Below the pieces are notes generated by a model that saw only the letters and a program-made list of their open reading frames with translations, had not been told where the DNA came from and did not search any database. A program made the position numbers and the translations under genes. A DNA stretch of 64,000 bases from Candidatus Krumholzibacteriota bacterium (GTDB lineage: Bacteria; Krumholzibacteriota; Krumholzibacteriia; LZORAL124-64-63), in assembly GCA_024277025.1 (NCBI GenBank), contig JAJRWA010000082.1, forward strand, positions 13,169 through 77,168, written 5' to 3'. This document shows, piece after piece, positions 58,633 through 64,000 of the stretch (within the stretch, counting starts at the first letter, position 1; each line of letters begins with the position of its first letter).

Positions 58633-59177
58633 TTTGTCACATGTGCGGCCAGCGGGAAGGCACGATCCACCTGCTGGAGGTCAACGACGGTCTGCAAAAG
58701 AGCGTCTGGCTTTGCAGTACCTGTGCCTCGGGGCGCGCCGATATGTCGCTGGCCGATGTGCTCGGTGGTGGGCACACTCGCGAAACCGCCGGGGAGTCGG
58801 CGTCACTGGCGTCTTTCCTGGGCCAGGTGCAGGACAGCGAGGGCCAGATCAGGCAGGTGGCGGCCTGTCCGGGCTGCGGCTACGAGATCAAGACGTTCCA
58901 GGACACCAACCGGCTCGGCTGTTCAGCCTGCTACGTTCACTTCCGGGCCCAGATTCTGCCCATTCTGGCGCACTATCATCGGCACGCCTCCCATCTGGGC
59001 AAGGTGCCGCAGCAGGCGGGCGGAGCGGCCAGCCAGCAGGGTGAGATCACCCGGCTGCGGGTGGCGCTGGAGAAGGCCATCCAGAGCGAGAACTACGAGG
59101 AGGCCGCTCGCTTGCGGGACGTGATGCACGGACTGCTGGACCGGGGTGAAGGCGGCGAGGGACCGGTGGCCACATGA
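58629..59177 (+). CDS. mcsA: McsA-like protein (Zn-finger plus UVR-motif activator of protein arginine kinase)
   Basis: CxxC pairs (ICHMCGQ...CSTCAS; CPGCGYE...CSACY) and a C-terminal UvrB/UvrC-type motif (ENYEEAARLRDVM). It is followed directly by mcsB and clpC. Confidence 0.65.
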   Translation: MICHMCGQREGTIHLLEVNDGLQKSVWLCSTCASGRADMSLADVLGGGHTRETAGESASLASFLGQVQDSEGQIRQVAACPGCGYEIKTFQDTNRLGCSACYVHFRAQILPILAHYHRHASHLGKVPQQAGGAASQQGEITRLRVALEKAIQSENYEEAARLRDVMHGLLDRGEGGEGPVAT

Positions 59178-60232
59178 GTGATTTTTTCAGCGATTGCGCC
59201 AGTCGGGACCCCCACTGGCTGGACGAGGCCGGGCCCAGTTCGGACATTGCCCTGTCCACGCGGGCGCGTCTGGCCCGCAACCTGCCGGAGGTGCCATTTC
59301 CTCACCACGGATCGGAACTGGAACTGCAGACCGTGTCGGCTGACCTGTCGCGAAGGGTCGGGCGCCTGGCGGCGTTTGCCGGCGGCTGGCAGGTCGACGG
59401 CCAGGGGCTGGCGGCAGTCCGGCGGCGGGTACTGCAGGAGAAGCTCCTGGTTTCAGCGCGTTTTGGCAGTCAGCCGCGGCATCAGGCCCTGGTGGTTGCC
59501 GCCGATCTGGCGCGGGTGGCCTTGATCAACGAAGAAGACCATTTGCGGCTGCAGGCGTTTCGGGCCGGCTTCGATCCGGAAGGTACCCTGGCCGATGTGA
59601 TGGCCGTCGATGAGCAAATGGAAGCCGAAATGGAGGCGGCGTTCAGTCCGGAGTGGGGGTATCTGACGGCCAGCCCGACCAACCTGGGAACCGGTCTGCG
59701 GGTCAGCGCCCTGCTGCATCTGCCCGGGCTGGTCCTGGTTGGCGAGATCGAGCGCGTGCTGAATGCCCTGCGGCAGTTGCAGTTTTCGGTACGCGGGCTG
59801 TTTGGCGAAGGCAGTGCGGTACGCGGCGGCTTGTTCCAGATCAGCAACCTGATCACGCTGGGGCGGGACGAGCAGGAAATCACGGCCGACTTCCGCGTGC
59901 ACGTGGGGAAGATCATCACCTACGAGCGATCGGCCCGCAACCAGCTCTACGGCCGCGATCACCTGGGGGTTGAGGACATGGTCCAGCGCAGCCGCGCGAT
60001 CCTGGCCCACGCGCAGGTGATCACGGCGCAGGAGGCCTTTGACTGTCTGTCCAACGTTCGTCTCGGCGAGGCGCTGGGCCTGTTGCCTGTTTCAGGCCCC
60101 GGGGGCCTGAATCATCTGACTGTGCACCAGCAGGGAGCCCATCTGGAACTGGCGGCCGGTCGCCAGCTGTCAGGAAGGGAAAAGGGGGCCGCCCGGGCCG
60201 CCTTGCTGCGGGAATTTTTTGCCGCCGGCTAG
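59174..60232 (+). CDS. mcsB: Protein arginine kinase McsB (ATP:guanido phosphotransferase family)
   Basis: Phosphagen-kinase catalytic-domain signature (GYLTASPTNLGTGLRVSALLHLPGL), at the length of McsB. Confidence 0.75.
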   Translation: MSDFFSDCASRDPHWLDEAGPSSDIALSTRARLARNLPEVPFPHHGSELELQTVSADLSRRVGRLAAFAGGWQVDGQGLAAVRRRVLQEKLLVSARFGSQPRHQALVVAADLARVALINEEDHLRLQAFRAGFDPEGTLADVMAVDEQMEAEMEAAFSPEWGYLTASPTNLGTGLRVSALLHLPGLVLVGEIERVLNALRQLQFSVRGLFGEGSAVRGGLFQISNLITLGRDEQEITADFRVHVGKIITYERSARNQLYGRDHLGVEDMVQRSRAILAHAQVITAQEAFDCLSNVRLGEALGLLPVSGPGGLNHLTVHQQGAHLELAAGRQLSGREKGAARAALLREFFAAG

Positions 60233-60483
60233 GGCCGAACCGGCAATCGGCGGTAAAGTATTCACCAGTCTGCCCGATTAGCGGTGGTACGGAGCAATTG
60301 GCTCCGGCCCGGTTTTTGCGTTCAATTCCCGTCAGCTCAAGGCATGAGTAGCGTTTGCGCGCTGGCTCCAGTATATTTTTGCCAGACACCTGGTCATGGA
60401 AATGGAGACTCCAGACCACAAGACCGTGTCGGGATTCCGTCCGGATCCGCGACCGGGATCACTGCGAATGGAGGCGCGTCGGC

Positions 60484-62955
<2,472 letters not shown>

Positions 62956-62981
62956 ACGGCATCTGAGCGTCAATGAACCCC

Positions 62982-63018
62982 GGACCGACCGCAGCCACGG
63001 CAGCGGTCGGTTTGTTTC
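62982..63018 (+). terminator. Rho-independent terminator after clpC
   Basis: Stem GACCGACCGC-agccacggca-GCGGTCGG followed by TTTGTTT. Confidence 0.65.
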
Positions 63019-63297
63019 GGGGGGCCCGTTGCCGGTCCCGCCCGGCAAAAACCCCGAATTGGACTAGCCAACCGGCCCCCGGTTACCTATTTTTCACGCT
63101 CACGAGCTGTCCGGCCGTCTGCGGGAACTTCCCGCAGCAAGGCGGGTTGGATTTCCTCGTTGGCACCCCTGTCCGGCTCGCGGATCGAGAATTAGCATTG
63201 ATGGAGCAATGGGCCGTTGTTACGATGCCGCGGCTGAATCTCAAGGACCATTCCAGAGCGCTGGAATCCACTTACGGGGGAGCCCGTTTCTGCCTAT

Positions 63298-64000
63298 GAA
63301 ACGCCTTGTGCTGATCCACACCCTTGTCATGTTGTTGGCGTTTGCCGTCCAGGCGGCCGCCCAGTCGACCCCCCCGACGATTGCGGAGGTCGAGGTGGTC
63401 GGGGCCCTGACCGTCGGTTCGCGGCAGGTGCTGGCCTGGTCGGGTATCGAGGCCGGCAAGCCGCTGTCGCCGGATCTGGTTTCCGCCGGCATCCGCAGCC
63501 TGTTTGCGACGCAGAAGTTCTCCGATGTCTATATCTACCGGCAGGACACGCTCGCGGGCGTGAAGCTGATCATCAATCTGCAGGAATTCCCCCGCATCCG
63601 GAAAATCTCGTTCAGCGGCAACAAGAAGATCAAGGAAGGGGATCTGCGCGCGGCGTTCGCTGTGCACGTCGGGCAGTTCGCCAATCCGGCCGTGGTCCAG
63701 CGCGAGTTGCAGCCCCTGCTGGAATTGTACTACGAAAAGGGCTACTACAACGTGACTGTCCATCAGGACAGTTCGGTGATCGACGCGAACAACATGGAGG
63801 ACCTGGTGGTCACGGTGGTCGAGGGCCGCAAGGTCAAGGTCCAGACCATAACCTTCCGTGGCAACGAGCATCTGTCCGACGGCGATCTGCGCGGTGCCAT
63901 GAAGCAGGGGACCCGCGGTTTTCTGCGCAGCGGTACTTTCAAGAAGACCCAGTTCGAGGAGGACAAGGAGCGGATCGTGACCCGGGCGCGCAACGAGGGC
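63298..64000 (+). CDS. bamA: Outer-membrane protein assembly factor BamA, N-terminal POTRA region (3' end outside window)
   Basis: Signal peptide (MKRLVLIHTLVMLLAFAVQAAAQ), then POTRA-like repeats (IAEVEVVGALTVGSRQVLAWSGIEAGKPLSPDLVSAGIRSLFATQKFSDV..., ISFSGNKKIKEGDLRAA...). The frame is open to the window end. It is not in the ORF track because it is truncated. Confidence 0.7.

Noticed and set aside
60233-60483. Sigma-54 or CtsR-type control element upstream of clpC (TGGCTCCAGTATATTTTTGCC)
   Set aside because: The spacing does not fit TGGCAC-N5-TTGC. There is no GGTCAAA tandem repeat either. Only a weak TATATT -10-like hexamer is present, so no specific regulator site is claimed.

Overview
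This is a 64 kb stretch of high-GC chromosome from a diderm (Gram-negative-type) bacterium, and it looks mostly like core chromosome with a few unusual genes. It carries LPS inner-core heptosyltransferases with GmhB, BamA/BamD, LolCDE-type genes and a T9SS-type C-terminal sorting domain. That combination fits an FCB-superphylum-like lineage (Gemmatimonadota, Eisenbacteria or Latescibacteria are possible), but this is inference only. Coding density is very high. About 55 of 57 supported genes lie on the + strand; only ppiD and a HIT gene are on the - strand. Almost all long minus-strand ORFs in the track are GC-driven antisense artefacts.

Gene content, in order along the window:
- The 3' end of a DUF1998 zinc-finger helicase with a DnaQ-like exonuclease (a MrfA/MrfB-like pair) and a small winged-HTH protein.
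- ppiD, a divergent PAP2-like gene, then a ParA/MinD-type ATPase fused to a CBM48/AMPK-beta glycogen-binding domain behind a near-consensus sigma70 promoter.
- A surface-glycan cluster: O-antigen ligase, a GT4 glycosyltransferase, a WecA-like transferase, a methyltransferase and a secreted hypothetical protein.
- A 1615-aa secreted C25 (gingipain-family) peptidase with FG-GAP repeats and a T9SS-type C-terminal domain, preceded by an unusually AT-rich 380-bp island.
- An OppA-family solute-binding protein, a metzincin-motif lipoprotein, HIT, a PfkB kinase, LexA, Hsp20 and Lon.
- An LPS-core block: four GT9 heptosyltransferases, GmhB, a DUF3108 protein, an ArnT/PMT-like transferase and a PglC-like phosphoglycosyl transferase with an in-frame TAA.
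- acpS, a PhzF-family gene, an acyl-CoA dehydrogenase, a TPR protein, aroQ, efp and accB.
- pilT, inserted between accB and accC, then accC, ftsK, rimO, a secreted hypothetical, bamD and nadD.
- polA carrying an in-frame TAG in motif B, then coaE and prfB with its canonical programmed +1 frameshift site.
- lysS, lolC/E-like, lolD, an mcsA-mcsB-clpC module, and the 5' part of bamA.

No rRNA, tRNA, CRISPR array, transposase or integrase was recognisable by eye.
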